From the NCBI GenBank assembly GCA_963934845.1, contig CAWWAG010000008.1, forward strand, positions 10,358 to 74,357: DNA of 64,000 nt. Reading direction: 5' to 3'. A model generated the notes under the pieces. That model worked only from the letters and a program-made list of their open reading frames with translations. It made no database searches and was not told where the DNA came from. Source of the stretch: an uncultured Halioglobus sp. (GTDB taxonomy: Bacteria; Pseudomonadota; Gammaproteobacteria; Pseudomonadales; Halieaceae). Below are positions 19,216 to 28,916 of the stretch, piece after piece. A program made the position numbers and the translations under genes. How positions within the stretch are numbered: the first letter of the stretch is position 1; each line of letters begins with the position of its first letter.

Positions 19216-20391
19216 TTAGTCCCTACGCAAGCGATCTGAGATGGCGATCGGAGTAGGGTAGTTGAGTACGACAATGTAGGAAGACATCAGTAGCGTGAGA
19301 ATGGTGGTAGCCTGAATCAATAGCGACGCCTGCTCGGAAATCAGCGCGCCGCCGACAGCAACATAGGCAATCAGCAGCGAAAATTCGCTGGCCTGACCCA
19401 GGCGGAACCCCAGGTCCCATCCCAAGCTGCGTTTCTCGCTGACACCTTTTAGTAGATAGCGGTAGACCACCGGCTTAATGCCCAGAATGAGCAACGCCAG
19501 AACCAGTGTGGGTGCGAGCACCTGGTGGAGAACGGCCAGATCAAACCGGGCGCCGACCGAGAAAAAGAACAGGATCAAAAAGAAATCGCGCAGTGGTTTC
19601 AGATTCACTGCTATGTACTGCGATATTGGACTGGTGGCGATCGTAATGCCGGCAATAAAGGCACCTATTTCAGCCGATAGTCCCAACGCTGTTGCAGCCT
19701 CGGCCATGCCCAGGCACCAGCCTATAGCCAGCAGAAAAATGTACTCATGGAAGCGATCGAAGCGAGTAATCAAGGGCAGCAGGATATAGCGTACGATAAG
19801 CAAGGCCGCACCCGCAAGCAGTGGCAGGCTGACTAATGACACCACCAGTTCACTGCCCATACTATGGTCGCTACCGGAGGCAGCACTGATCAGTACCATA
19901 AGGACGATGATGGCCAGCAGGTCTTGGAGCAGGAGAAGGCCGATCATAAGATCACCGATGTGGCGGTGATGCAAAACGGTCGTCGGGAGCAGCTTGATAC
20001 CGATGATGGTGGAGGAAAACATCATTGCTGCGCCTACTACGAGGCTATCCTGCATGGTATAGCCAAACAGTAAGGGGATCGCAGTTCCCATTGCCAGGAA
20101 AATGGCCGAACTGAATATCGCGACCACGGTTGATTTACGCAGCGTCGTCCATAGCGCGCGAGGCTGCATATCCAAGCCGAGTAAAAACAATAAAAAGATA
20201 ATGCCAACATGGCCAATGTCTGAGAGCAGCGCGAGGTCGTTTACCATGGACAGGCCGTATGGCCCTATGCAGGCCCCCAGAGCTATGTAGGCAATAATCA
20301 GGGGCTGGCGGGTATACAGGGCAATGGAGGCGAACACAGCTGCCCCACTAAAGATCAGGAAAAAGGAAAAGGTGATGCTGCCGAAGTCCAT
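19216..20391 (-). CDS. cation:proton antiporter (CPA2 / Kef-type membrane domain, no KTN domain)
   Basis: 391 aa and highly hydrophobic, with about 11-12 predicted TM segments in a typical Na_H_exchanger-like pattern. Confidence 0.7.
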   Translation of the reverse strand: MDFGSITFSFFLIFSGAAVFASIALYTRQPLIIAYIALGACIGPYGLSMVNDLALLSDIGHVGIIFLLFLLGLDMQPRALWTTLRKSTVVAIFSSAIFLAMGTAIPLLFGYTMQDSLVVGAAMMFSSTIIGIKLLPTTVLHHRHIGDLMIGLLLLQDLLAIIVLMVLISAASGSDHSMGSELVVSLVSLPLLAGAALLIVRYILLPLITRFDRFHEYIFLLAIGWCLGMAEAATALGLSAEIGAFIAGITIATSPISQYIAVNLKPLRDFFLILFFFSVGARFDLAVLHQVLAPTLVLALLILGIKPVVYRYLLKGVSEKRSLGWDLGFRLGQASEFSLLIAYVAVGGALISEQASLLIQATTILTLLMSSYIVVLNYPTPIAISDRLRRD

Positions 20392-20450
20392 TTGCTGCCC
20401 TTATCTACCTCGCCGATTACGAATGTAATAAACCACCTGCGGATAGGGAC

Positions 20451-20930
20451 TCAGTGAGGAAAATGGGGGCGTCGGCGAAACAGCGGCAGAGGTTGATCAT
20501 CAGCTGCTTGGTAAAACTCGGTGAAATCGTCAAGACTTTCCAGCGCCGCTTCCAATTCAGATTCATCGGCCATTTGAAACGCGTCAAATCCACAGCGGTG
20601 AAGATAGGTGAGTTGATCGCGGATAAAGTGACCACCGGCGCGCAATTCGCCCAGGTATCCGCGCTCACGTAGACGTCTGGCATACGAAAATCCCCGACCG
20701 TCTGTAAATATCGGGAAGTTGATCACAATCAACTGGATCTGTTCCAGATGTTCAACGAGGACATCGGGTTCCTGAGCCGGCTCCAGTTGTACCGCGCTAC
20801 CTTTTTTGTCCGCCAGTTGTAACCACTGCTCCAGACTGCAGATCTGTCCAGCCCTTGGTGCGGTGGTATCGACGTCTAACGCCAACCATGTATCTTCAAC
20901 AACCTTCCTGTCTTTAATGAGCCGGGGCAT
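20451..20930 (-). CDS. DUF934 protein associated with sulfite reductase
   Basis: The sequence MPRLIKDRKVVEDTW...FPIFTDGRGFSYARRLRERGY matches DUF934. It lies immediately downstream of cysI and overlaps it, as in Pseudomonas. The start is placed at the internal ATG; the track ORF extends to 20996. Confidence 0.7.
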   Translation of the reverse strand: MPRLIKDRKVVEDTWLALDVDTTAPRAGQICSLEQWLQLADKKGSAVQLEPAQEPDVLVEHLEQIQLIVINFPIFTDGRGFSYARRLRERGYLGELRAGGHFIRDQLTYLHRCGFDAFQMADESELEAALESLDDFTEFYQAADDQPLPLFRRRPHFPH

Positions 20931-22578
20931 ACACTCGCTCCTTGAAGGGGTCGATACCGACACGCCGATAGGTATCCAGAAAACTTTCCTCTTCATGACG
21001 CAGTGTCACGTAGGTTGAGAGGATGTTGTCGATGACATCCGGCATGTCTTCCCGCTTGAACGACGGCCCGAGGATTTTGCCAATTGAGGCATCTTTTGCC
21101 TGGCTACCTCCCAGGCAGACCTGATAGTACTCCTTACCTTTCTTGTCCACGCCCAGGATACCGATGTGCCCAATATGGTGATGACCACAGGCGTTCATAC
21201 AGCCGCTTATATTGAGCTCCAGCGGCCCGAGATCATAGACGTAATCAAGATTGTCGAACCGCACCTGGATGGCCTCCGCGATCGGAAGTGATTTTGCGTT
21301 GGCCAGGGAGCAGTAGTCACCGCCGGGGCAGCAGATGATATCGGTGAGATAGCCAATATTGGGTGTCGCCAAACGTGCCGCTTGCAAGCGCTGCCACAAT
21401 GCGTAGAGCTGGGACATTGGAACATCCCCTAGCACTAGATTTTGCTCATGGGTGCTGCGAACTTCGCCAAACGAATACAGGTCGGAAAGTTCGGCCAGCA
21501 GTTCGAGTTGCTCCGCGGTCACATCGCCCGGCGCATAGCCAGTGGCTTTTAGTGATAATGTAACGATGCGATAGCCTGCAACCCGATGTACCTGCGTATT
21601 GCGTTTGACCCAGTTTCCGAAAATAGCTTCGCGATCGCACTCCGCCTGCAGCCGAGATATAGCCTCTGCATCATCCACGACATCGTAATCAGGTGCGTCG
21701 AAAAACGAGCGCGCGCGAATCAGCTCCTCGTCTGTCAGGGTAGTGGGGCCATCCTTTACGGATAACCACTCCTGCTCCACAGCCGTTCTAAAGGCGTCAA
21801 CACCCATAGCTTTGACCAGAATTTTGATGCGTGCCTTAAATTTGTTGTCGCGCCGCCCATACTTGTTGTACACCCGAAGGACAGCTTCCAAGTAGGTCAG
21901 CATGTGCTTTTTATCTAGCCATTCACAGATGACCGATCCGATGGCGGGGGTACGACCCATGCCTCCGCCCACGAGAACTTTCAGGCCTATCTCACCCTGG
22001 TCATTTGCTAATAACTCAAGTCCGATATCGTGGTGGTGTATTGCCGCACGGTCTTCGGTGGATCCGCAGACCGCAATCTTGAATTTTCGTGGCAAAAATG
22101 CAAATTCGGGGTGCAATGTCGACCACTGCCGAATAATTTCGCAATAGGGACGCGGGTCTTCTAATTCATCACGGGCCACACCAGCGAATTGGTCCGTGGT
22201 GGTGTTGCGCACGCAATTACCGCTGGTCTGAATGGCGTGCATCTGGACAGTGGCGAGCTCTGCCAGAATATCAGGCACCTCCGTCAGTACAGGCCAGTTT
22301 AACTGCACATTCTGCCGCGTACTAATATGCGCGTAACCCTTGTCATAGACGCGGGTAATTTCGGCTAACTTACGTAATTGTGTACTATTCATCAGTCCAT
22401 AGGGTACCGCGATACGGAGCATCGGAGCCTGTCTTTGCAGATACAGGCCGTTTTGCAATCGCAGCGGTAAAAATTCAGCGTCAGAGATTTTACCGGCGAG
22501 AAAGCGCAACGTCTGGTCGCGAAACTGGGCGACTCGCTCATCGATAATTTTCTGGTCATATTGGTCGTAAACGTACAT
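20914..22578 (-). CDS. cysI: sulfite reductase hemoprotein (nitrite/sulfite reductase family, siroheme-4Fe4S)
   Basis: 554 aa with Cys clusters CCPGGDYCSLA and SGCMNACGHHHIGHIG. The N-terminus MYVYDQYDQKIIDERV is like Pseudomonas CysI. Confidence 0.88.
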   Translation of the reverse strand: MYVYDQYDQKIIDERVAQFRDQTLRFLAGKISDAEFLPLRLQNGLYLQRQAPMLRIAVPYGLMNSTQLRKLAEITRVYDKGYAHISTRQNVQLNWPVLTEVPDILAELATVQMHAIQTSGNCVRNTTTDQFAGVARDELEDPRPYCEIIRQWSTLHPEFAFLPRKFKIAVCGSTEDRAAIHHHDIGLELLANDQGEIGLKVLVGGGMGRTPAIGSVICEWLDKKHMLTYLEAVLRVYNKYGRRDNKFKARIKILVKAMGVDAFRTAVEQEWLSVKDGPTTLTDEELIRARSFFDAPDYDVVDDAEAISRLQAECDREAIFGNWVKRNTQVHRVAGYRIVTLSLKATGYAPGDVTAEQLELLAELSDLYSFGEVRSTHEQNLVLGDVPMSQLYALWQRLQAARLATPNIGYLTDIICCPGGDYCSLANAKSLPIAEAIQVRFDNLDYVYDLGPLELNISGCMNACGHHHIGHIGILGVDKKGKEYYQVCLGGSQAKDASIGKILGPSFKREDMPDVIDNILSTYVTLRHEEESFLDTYRRVGIDPFKERVYAPAH

Positions 22579-22752
22579 TTATATATCCTGCACTTGCGTT
22601 GAGCCAAGGCTGCTGGGGTAAGAAAAGGGCATTACCATATCAGAAAATCGGTCCCAACAAATAGTCATAATATTCATAAGCTTAGATTGACTTAGCCACT
22701 TTCTGGCAATTTTTCACAGCGGGCGTCTAGTGCTTTTGATTGACGCAAATCT

Positions 22753-22761
22753 TGCTATAAT
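22753..22761 (+). promoter_or_regulatory. extended -10 promoter element (TGcTATAAT)
   Basis: TG at 22753-22754 and a perfect TATAAT at 22756-22761. This lies 35 nt upstream of the small ORF start. No good -35 hexamer is seen at 16-18 nt spacing. Confidence 0.45.
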
Positions 22762-22795
22762 GTGACCTCACACACGCTCACATCTGGAGTAGAAA

Positions 22796-22918
22796 ATGTC
22801 CGGTCAAGTTAATAAGGAGCGCGCCGCTGACGGTGCTGCCGATGCCATTGCCACCGTTGCGATTATCAGCATCTTCGTAATCACACTGTATATCTGGCTG
22901 TCAGGCATGCCCACGTAA
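22796..22918 (+). CDS. small membrane protein (40 aa), below the ORF-track length cut-off
   Basis: ATG at 22796 is preceded by GGAG (22786-22789). The product is MSGQVNKERAADGAADAIATVAIISIFVITLYIWLSGMPT, a polar N-terminus followed by one TM helix. It has its own extended -10 element. Confidence 0.5.
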   Translation: MSGQVNKERAADGAADAIATVAIISIFVITLYIWLSGMPT

Positions 22919-22945
22919 GGTCTGAAGGAGGATTGGTGGGTCGCG

Positions 22946-23188
22946 TCAGTCCCCTGCATTTTTAATCACCATCTGCACGGCGAACATCACAAGGCCAATA
23001 AAAGATAGGGTGAATATAATACCCGCAGCGATAAACACCCCTATACGGCCCTGTTTGAAATCCCTTTCCCGATTTTTGCTGCTTTGCACCCCCAGCCCGG
23101 CCGCCAACACACTTGCAATAACTTGCAATGGATTCAGTTTAGGTTTTTTCTCCTGATTTTCAGCGGCGTTGTTTTGTGCGTCACTCAT
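22946..23188 (-). CDS. DUF2970 small membrane protein
   Basis: 80 aa. LQVIASVLAAGLGVQSSKNRERDF plus a C-terminal TM helix matches my recollection of DUF2970. It lies directly downstream of metH. Confidence 0.6.
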   Translation of the reverse strand: MSDAQNNAAENQEKKPKLNPLQVIASVLAAGLGVQSSKNRERDFKQGRIGVFIAAGIIFTLSFIGLVMFAVQMVIKNAGD

Positions 23189-23202
23189 TCTGAATATCTC
23201 GC

Positions 23203-26200
23203 TTAATAGCTCAGATTGGGTCTTAGCCAGCGTTCGATTTCCTCGACGGACTCGCCCTTGCGCACTGCCAAGTCTTCAATCTGGTCGCGACCTATTTTCC
23301 CAACGGCAAAGTATCGTGACTCTGGGTGCGAGAAATAAAACCCGCTAACGGAAGATGACGGCGTCATTGCGAAGTTTTCTGACAGGACGACCTCACAGGC
23401 ATTGGTGGCGTCCAAAAGCTTGAAGAGGGTCTCTTTTTCCGTGTGATCGGGGCAGGCTGGATAGCCGGGGGCAGGGCGTATACCGCGATAGCCCTCGTCA
23501 ATCAGTTCGTCGGTGCTCAAGGATTCGGTGGCGTCGTAACCCCATAATTCCATGCGAACCATCCTGTGGAGATACTCGGCAAAAGACTCCGCCAGACGAT
23601 CGGCCAGCGATTTCAACAGGATGGCATTATAGTCGTCATGTTGCGCCATAAACTGGGCGGCCAATTCCTCCACTCCGTGGCCGGTGGTAACGCAAAACCC
23701 GCCAATATAATCTTCGTTGCCAGCATCAACTGGCGAGATAAAATCGGCCAGACTGGCATTGGGCTTGCTATCCGATTTCTCTGTCTGCTGACGCAGATGA
23801 TGCACGGTGGCGATGGCACCGCTGCGAGATTCATCACCGTAAACAGCAATGTCATCAGATCCGATTCTGGCAGCAGGCCAAAACCCAACGACGGCTTTCG
23901 CTGTCAGCAGCTTTTCATCGACAATGCGTTTTAACATCACCTGCGCGTCGCGGAAGAGTTCGGTGGCCTGGAGGCCTACAACTTCATCTTTCAGTATTTT
24001 GGGATATTTCCCTGCGAGTTCCCAGGTAATGAAGAAGGGTGTCCAGTCGATGGTATCCACCAGTTCTACCAGCGGGAAATCATCAAATACACGGCTGCCA
24101 ATAAAGCTGGGGCGAGGCGGATGGTAACTGTCCCAGTCTATTTGAGATGCATTCGCAACAGCCTGCGCGTAGCTAAGTTCCTTTTCGCGTGGTTTACGGT
24201 TGGCAACTCGTTCACGCACCTTGATGTACTCCGCGCGAAGGTCGTTAACAAATTTTCCTTTGCCTTGACCCACTAGTTGGGTGACGACCGCAACACTGCG
24301 GGATGCATCGGGGACATACACCACGACATCTCCATCGTATTGGGGATCAATCTTCACAGCGGTGTGTGCTTTTGAGGTGGTCGCGCCGCCTATCATCAAC
24401 GGTACATCGAACTTCAGGCGCTGCATTTCGGCCGCGACATGCGCCATCTCATCAAGGGAGGGGGTGATCAGTCCGCTGAGGCCAATAACATCAACCTTTT
24501 CGTCGATCGCCGCTTGCAGAATCTTCTCACAGGGTACCATCACACCGAGGTCAATCACCTCGAAGTTATTACACTGCAGCACAATTCCGACGATATTTTT
24601 GCCAATATCATGAACGTCACCTTTGACCGTCGCCATCAGGATTTTGCCGTTGGTGGAGTTACCACCCACCTTTTCCAACTCGATATACGGTTGCAAGTGC
24701 GCTACAGCCTGTTTCATCACACGGGCACTTTTTACCACCTGCGGTAGAAACATCTTACCGGTGCTAAAAAGATCGCCGACGATATTCATGCCATCCATGA
24801 GCGGCCCTTCAATGACTTGAATAGGCCTATCAAACTTCAGCCTCGCTTCTTCGGCATCCTCTACAATCCAGGTGTTGATGCCTTTTACCAATGCATGGGC
24901 GAGGCGCTTTTCCACTTCCTGTTCACGCCAGCTGAGGTCTTCTACCCTGGCTTCGCCACCGCCAGTGTCCCTGTAGCGTTCGGCCAACTCTAGCAGGCGC
25001 TCGGAACCGTCTTCGGTACGGTTGAGAATGACGTCTTCGACAACCTCTCGCAGATCCTTGGGCAACTCGTCATAAACCGCCAGTTGTCCCGCGTTGACAA
25101 TACCCATATCCATACCGGCCTGAATCGCGTGATACAGAAAGACCGAGTGAATAGCCTCCCGCACAGCGTCATTCCCGCGGAATGAAAATGATACGTTGGA
25201 CACGCCACCGGACACCAATGCGCCCGGAAGCTCAGCCTTGATGTAGCGTGTTGCCTCTATGAACTCGACGGCATAATTATTGTGTTCGTCTATCCCGGTG
25301 GCAATGGCAAAGATATTGGGGTCAAAAATAATATCGTTTGGGTTAAAATCCAGTTCGCTTACCAGCAGGTCGTAACAGCGCTTGCAGATGTCCTTACGCC
25401 GCTGCAGATTGTCCGCCTGACCCTCCTCATCGAAAGCCATGACAACGACTGCTGCACCGTAGCGCTGGCACAGACGGGCCTGAGTGAGAAATTCCTCTTC
25501 TCCTGCCTTCAGGCTGATGGAGTTTACGATCGCCTTGCCCTGTATACATTTCAGGCCGGCTTCAATGACATGCCACTTCGAAGAGTCCACCATGATCGGA
25601 ACCCGGCAAATATCCGGTTCGGAGGCTATCAAATTGAGGAAGGTGACCATGGCCGCCTCGGAGTCCAGCATACCCTCATCCATGTTGATATCGATGATCT
25701 GAGCGCCATCCTCCACCTGATTGCGAGCCACAACCAGTGCCTCATCAAAGCGATCGTCCATAATCAGGCGTTTGAACTTGGCGGAGCCCGTGACATTACA
25801 GCGCTCACCGACATTCACAAACAGACTGTCGGAGGTGATATTGAAGGCTTCCAGTCCGCTTAGGCGGCACGCCGGCTCATGCGTCGGAAGTGGCCGGGGC
25901 GCCAGGCCTTCACAGGCATGTGCAATCGCGCGTATATGAGCAGGTGTTGTGCCGCAGCAGCCCCCGGCAAGGTTGAGAAAGCCCCGTGCAGCGAACTCCC
26001 TGAACTCCTGCTCCATAATTTCCGGGGTTTCATCAAATTCGCCAAATGCGTTGGGCAATCCAGCGTTGAGGTGGGCGCTGAAAAAACAATCACTGGCCTT
26101 TGACAGCTCCTCCACAAAGGGGCGGATATCCCGGTAGGGGCGACCACAATTGCTCCCGACTATTAGTGGGTTTGCATGGGCTACAGCATTCCAGAAGGCT

Positions 26201-26895
26201 TCCGGATTTTGTCCGGACAACACTCGTCCACTGACGTCAGGGAAGGTGACCGAGACCATAATAGGCAATTCCTGCCCGAGTTCTTCAAACACCTGTTTCA
26301 CAGCGAAGATCGCAGCCTTGGCGTTCAGGGTATCGAAGATAGTCTCGATCATAATCAGGTCAACACCACCAGCGATCAGGGCATGAGTCGCTTTGGCATA
26401 ATCTTTACGCAGCGTATCAAAGCTGATGCTGCGGGCACCGGGATCATTCACGTCGGGTGAAATAGAGGCTGTTTTGGGTGTGGGGCCGAGAACGCCCGCA
26501 ACGAAGCGGGGTTTTTCCGGGTTTTTGGCAGTGATCTCATCGGCCACTTTGCGAGCAATTTTTGCCGCCGCCAGGTTTTGTTCTACCGCGAGCTCGCTCA
26601 AGTTGTAGTCCGACTGTGCGATCGCTGAGCTACCGAAAGTATTGGTTTCTATGATGTCCGCACCGGCCTCGAGAAAGGCTCGGTGTATTTTGGTAATGAG
26701 GTCAGGCCGTGTGAGGCTGAGCAATTCATTATTACCTTTGAGATCAGAGCCATGGTCGGCAAAACGCTCCCCGCGGAAATCTGCTTCGGTGAGGTTTTCC
26801 GCCTGAATCATAGTGCCCATAGCACCGTCGATTATAAGAATACGCTTTTCGAGGGCTTGCTCCAGAAGCCCAGTATTTTTTTTGACCGTTGCCAT
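23203..26895 (-). CDS. metH: cobalamin-dependent methionine synthase
   Basis: 1230 aa with B12-binding motif GDVHDIGKN and the Hcy, pterin, cobalamin and AdoMet domain order. Confidence 0.97.
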   Translation of the reverse strand: MATVKKNTGLLEQALEKRILIIDGAMGTMIQAENLTEADFRGERFADHGSDLKGNNELLSLTRPDLITKIHRAFLEAGADIIETNTFGSSAIAQSDYNLSELAVEQNLAAAKIARKVADEITAKNPEKPRFVAGVLGPTPKTASISPDVNDPGARSISFDTLRKDYAKATHALIAGGVDLIMIETIFDTLNAKAAIFAVKQVFEELGQELPIMVSVTFPDVSGRVLSGQNPEAFWNAVAHANPLIVGSNCGRPYRDIRPFVEELSKASDCFFSAHLNAGLPNAFGEFDETPEIMEQEFREFAARGFLNLAGGCCGTTPAHIRAIAHACEGLAPRPLPTHEPACRLSGLEAFNITSDSLFVNVGERCNVTGSAKFKRLIMDDRFDEALVVARNQVEDGAQIIDINMDEGMLDSEAAMVTFLNLIASEPDICRVPIMVDSSKWHVIEAGLKCIQGKAIVNSISLKAGEEEFLTQARLCQRYGAAVVVMAFDEEGQADNLQRRKDICKRCYDLLVSELDFNPNDIIFDPNIFAIATGIDEHNNYAVEFIEATRYIKAELPGALVSGGVSNVSFSFRGNDAVREAIHSVFLYHAIQAGMDMGIVNAGQLAVYDELPKDLREVVEDVILNRTEDGSERLLELAERYRDTGGGEARVEDLSWREQEVEKRLAHALVKGINTWIVEDAEEARLKFDRPIQVIEGPLMDGMNIVGDLFSTGKMFLPQVVKSARVMKQAVAHLQPYIELEKVGGNSTNGKILMATVKGDVHDIGKNIVGIVLQCNNFEVIDLGVMVPCEKILQAAIDEKVDVIGLSGLITPSLDEMAHVAAEMQRLKFDVPLMIGGATTSKAHTAVKIDPQYDGDVVVYVPDASRSVAVVTQLVGQGKGKFVNDLRAEYIKVRERVANRKPREKELSYAQAVANASQIDWDSYHPPRPSFIGSRVFDDFPLVELVDTIDWTPFFITWELAGKYPKILKDEVVGLQATELFRDAQVMLKRIVDEKLLTAKAVVGFWPAARIGSDDIAVYGDESRSGAIATVHHLRQQTEKSDSKPNASLADFISPVDAGNEDYIGGFCVTTGHGVEELAAQFMAQHDDYNAILLKSLADRLAESFAEYLHRMVRMELWGYDATESLSTDELIDEGYRGIRPAPGYPACPDHTEKETLFKLLDATNACEVVLSENFAMTPSSSVSGFYFSHPESRYFAVGKIGRDQIEDLAVRKGESVEEIERWLRPNLSY

Positions 26896-26998
26896 TGCAG
26901 TGCCTTAGGGTGTGTGGTGGAGAAAAGTCGCTACGCTTCAACATAGAGGTCAATCTTAACAGATTCTGAGGCTCTTTGAAGATAGGTTCCCGGTATCG

Positions 26999-27028
26999 TT
27001 CACACTTGGTCGGCAAGTTTGTTACAAT
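26999..27028 (+). promoter_or_regulatory. candidate sigma-70 promoter for nfuA
   Basis: TTCACA (26999-27004), an 18-nt spacer, then TGtTACAAT (-10 hexamer at 27023-27028, extended -10 TG). Confidence 0.3.
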
Positions 27029-27060
27029 GCTCGTGTAATTTACTCGGAATGGGTCATCCA

Positions 27061-27636
27061 ATGGTCACAATTACTGAATCCGCCCAGGATTACCTGGCAG
27101 AACTGTTATCCAAGCAGGAAGGTGCGCTGGGTGTCAGGGTATTTATTAACCAGCCTGGAACACCGCGCGCAGAAACCTGCATCGCCTATTGTCGCGAAGG
27201 TGATATAGAAGAAGCCGACCAGCAGGAAGAACTAGCTCGGTTTCAGGTCTGGTATGAAGCGAAAAGTCTGCCATTTTTGGAGGACGCACTGGTTGATTAC
27301 TCAAAGGATCGCATGGGGGGGCAACTCACAATCAAAGCCCCAAACGCCAAACTGCCGAGAGTCGACGACAATAGCTCCTTGGAAGACCGCGTCAACTATG
27401 TGCTTCACAACGAAGTAAACCCCGCGCTGGCTTCTCACGGCGGGGAAGTGAGCCTGGTAGAAATAACCGACAAGAGCGTGGCTATACTGCAGTTTGGTGG
27501 CGGATGTCAGGGTTGCAGCGCGGTCGATCAGACGCTTAAAGGCGGGGTGGAAAAGACGCTACTGGAACAAATTCCCCAGCTGACCGGTGTCAGGGATACA
27601 ACCGACCACAGCGATACCTCGCAGGCCTACTACTAG
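27061..27636 (+). CDS. nfuA: Fe-S cluster biogenesis protein NfuA
   Basis: [16 protein letters not shown] aligns with the E. coli NfuA N-terminus. The Nfu CxxC motif is present in [11 protein letters not shown]. The track ORF starts 42 nt upstream, at 27019. Confidence 0.88.
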   Translation: MVTITESAQDYLAELLSKQEGALGVRVFINQPGTPRAETCIAYCREGDIEEADQQEELARFQVWYEAKSLPFLEDALVDYSKDRMGGQLTIKAPNAKLPRVDDNSSLEDRVNYVLHNEVNPALASHGGEVSLVEITDKSVAILQFGGGCQGCSAVDQTLKGGVEKTLLEQIPQLTGVRDTTDHSDTSQAYY

Positions 27637-27645
27637 TCGGCGGCG

Positions 27646-27668
27646 GCACGCTGCTAACCACAGCGTGC
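27646..27668. terminator. GC-rich hairpin between convergent nfuA and the DAHP synthase gene
   Basis: GCACGCTG-ctaacca-CAGCGTGC is a perfect 8-bp stem. There is no clear U tract on either side. Confidence 0.35.
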
Positions 27669-27685
27669 AATACCTCTTGCCGGGT

Positions 27686-28762
27686 TTAGCTGTGGCCACG
27701 ACTGGCAAGGGTGTCTTTTATCCGCTCACGCAGGCTGCGCAGGCAGCGCTCAGTTGTCTCCCAATCAATACAACCGTCAGTAACCGATACCCCGTATTCC
27801 AACTCGTCCAGGTTTGCCGGTATGGATTGATTTCCCGCCTTCAAATTGCTTTCTATCATCAGGCCGACAATGGATGTGTTGCCCTCTAATATCTGGTTCG
27901 CCACATTTTCTACCACCAGCGGCTGCAGTTCCGGTTGCTTGCTGGAGTTGGCGTGACTACAGTCGACCATGATATTGCGGAAGACGCCGGCCTTTTCCAG
28001 CGCGTCTTCACACAATTTAATATGCACAGAGTCGTAGTTGGGACCTGCTGCGCCGCCGCGCAGCACAATATGGCCGTAGCGATTGCCTCGGGTGGTAAAC
28101 ACCGATACCTGGCCCCGCCCATTGATACCCAGAAATCGGTGCGGATTTGCCACTGAATTGAGTGCATTGGTCGCCACTGTCAAACCGCCGTCGGTGCCGT
28201 TTTTGAATCCCACGGCACTGGACAGGCCGCTGGCCATCTCGCGGTGCGTCTGTGACTCCGTCGTGCGGGCACCAATTGCCGTCCAACTCACCAGATCCTG
28301 CAAATACTGCGGGGAAATAGGATCGAGTGCCTCAGTCGAGGTGGGCAGTCCCAAGTCCAGAATATCCAACAGCAATTTGCGGGCAATATGCAGCCCATCC
28401 TCAATATTGAAGGAGTCGTCCAGATAGGGATCGTTGACCAGCCCCTTCCAGCCCACGGTAGTGCGAGGTTTTTCAAAGTATACGCGCATGACGATGTACA
28501 GCGTATCGTCAAGTTCATCTGCCAACGCTTTCAGGCGCAAGGCGTATTCGATCGCGGCACCCGGATCGTGTATGGAGCAGGGGCCGACTACGACAAAGAT
28601 ACGAGAATCGCGCCGATCCAGGATGTTTTCAATGATTTGGCGAGTACCCGCGAGCGTGTCCTGCACTGAATCCGACATTGGCAGAGCAGACTTCAGCTGG
28701 TCAGGTGTTATCAATATGTCCTGGGATGCGACATTTACATTGTGTACTTTGGTGTTGCTCAT
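27686..28762 (-). CDS. 3-deoxy-7-phosphoheptulonate (DAHP) synthase, class I (AroF/G/H type)
   Basis: 358 aa with the motif FEKPRTTVGWKGLVNDP and CSHANS. The feedback isoenzyme type cannot be told from sequence. Confidence 0.9.
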   Translation of the reverse strand: MSNTKVHNVNVASQDILITPDQLKSALPMSDSVQDTLAGTRQIIENILDRRDSRIFVVVGPCSIHDPGAAIEYALRLKALADELDDTLYIVMRVYFEKPRTTVGWKGLVNDPYLDDSFNIEDGLHIARKLLLDILDLGLPTSTEALDPISPQYLQDLVSWTAIGARTTESQTHREMASGLSSAVGFKNGTDGGLTVATNALNSVANPHRFLGINGRGQVSVFTTRGNRYGHIVLRGGAAGPNYDSVHIKLCEDALEKAGVFRNIMVDCSHANSSKQPELQPLVVENVANQILEGNTSIVGLMIESNLKAGNQSIPANLDELEYGVSVTDGCIDWETTERCLRSLRERIKDTLASRGHS

Positions 28763-28916
28763 CTTCGCTACCTGATAGAGTATTTGCCGCCCACTGCCTT
28801 AAGTTCGGCAATGAATTGTCAGTTTATCCAGACCAAAACGACGCTCGGAAGTCTATAGTATTCGCCGCCCATTGTGTATGTCTCAGGGGTCATCGTCATT
28901 AACGCAGGAGAATAAA

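Noticed and set aside
26896-27060. Possible cobalamin riboswitch in the metH leader
   Set aside because: No B12-box-like element or conserved riboswitch stems are visible in the leader of about 120 nt. B12 riboswitches typically control metE and btuB rather than metH.
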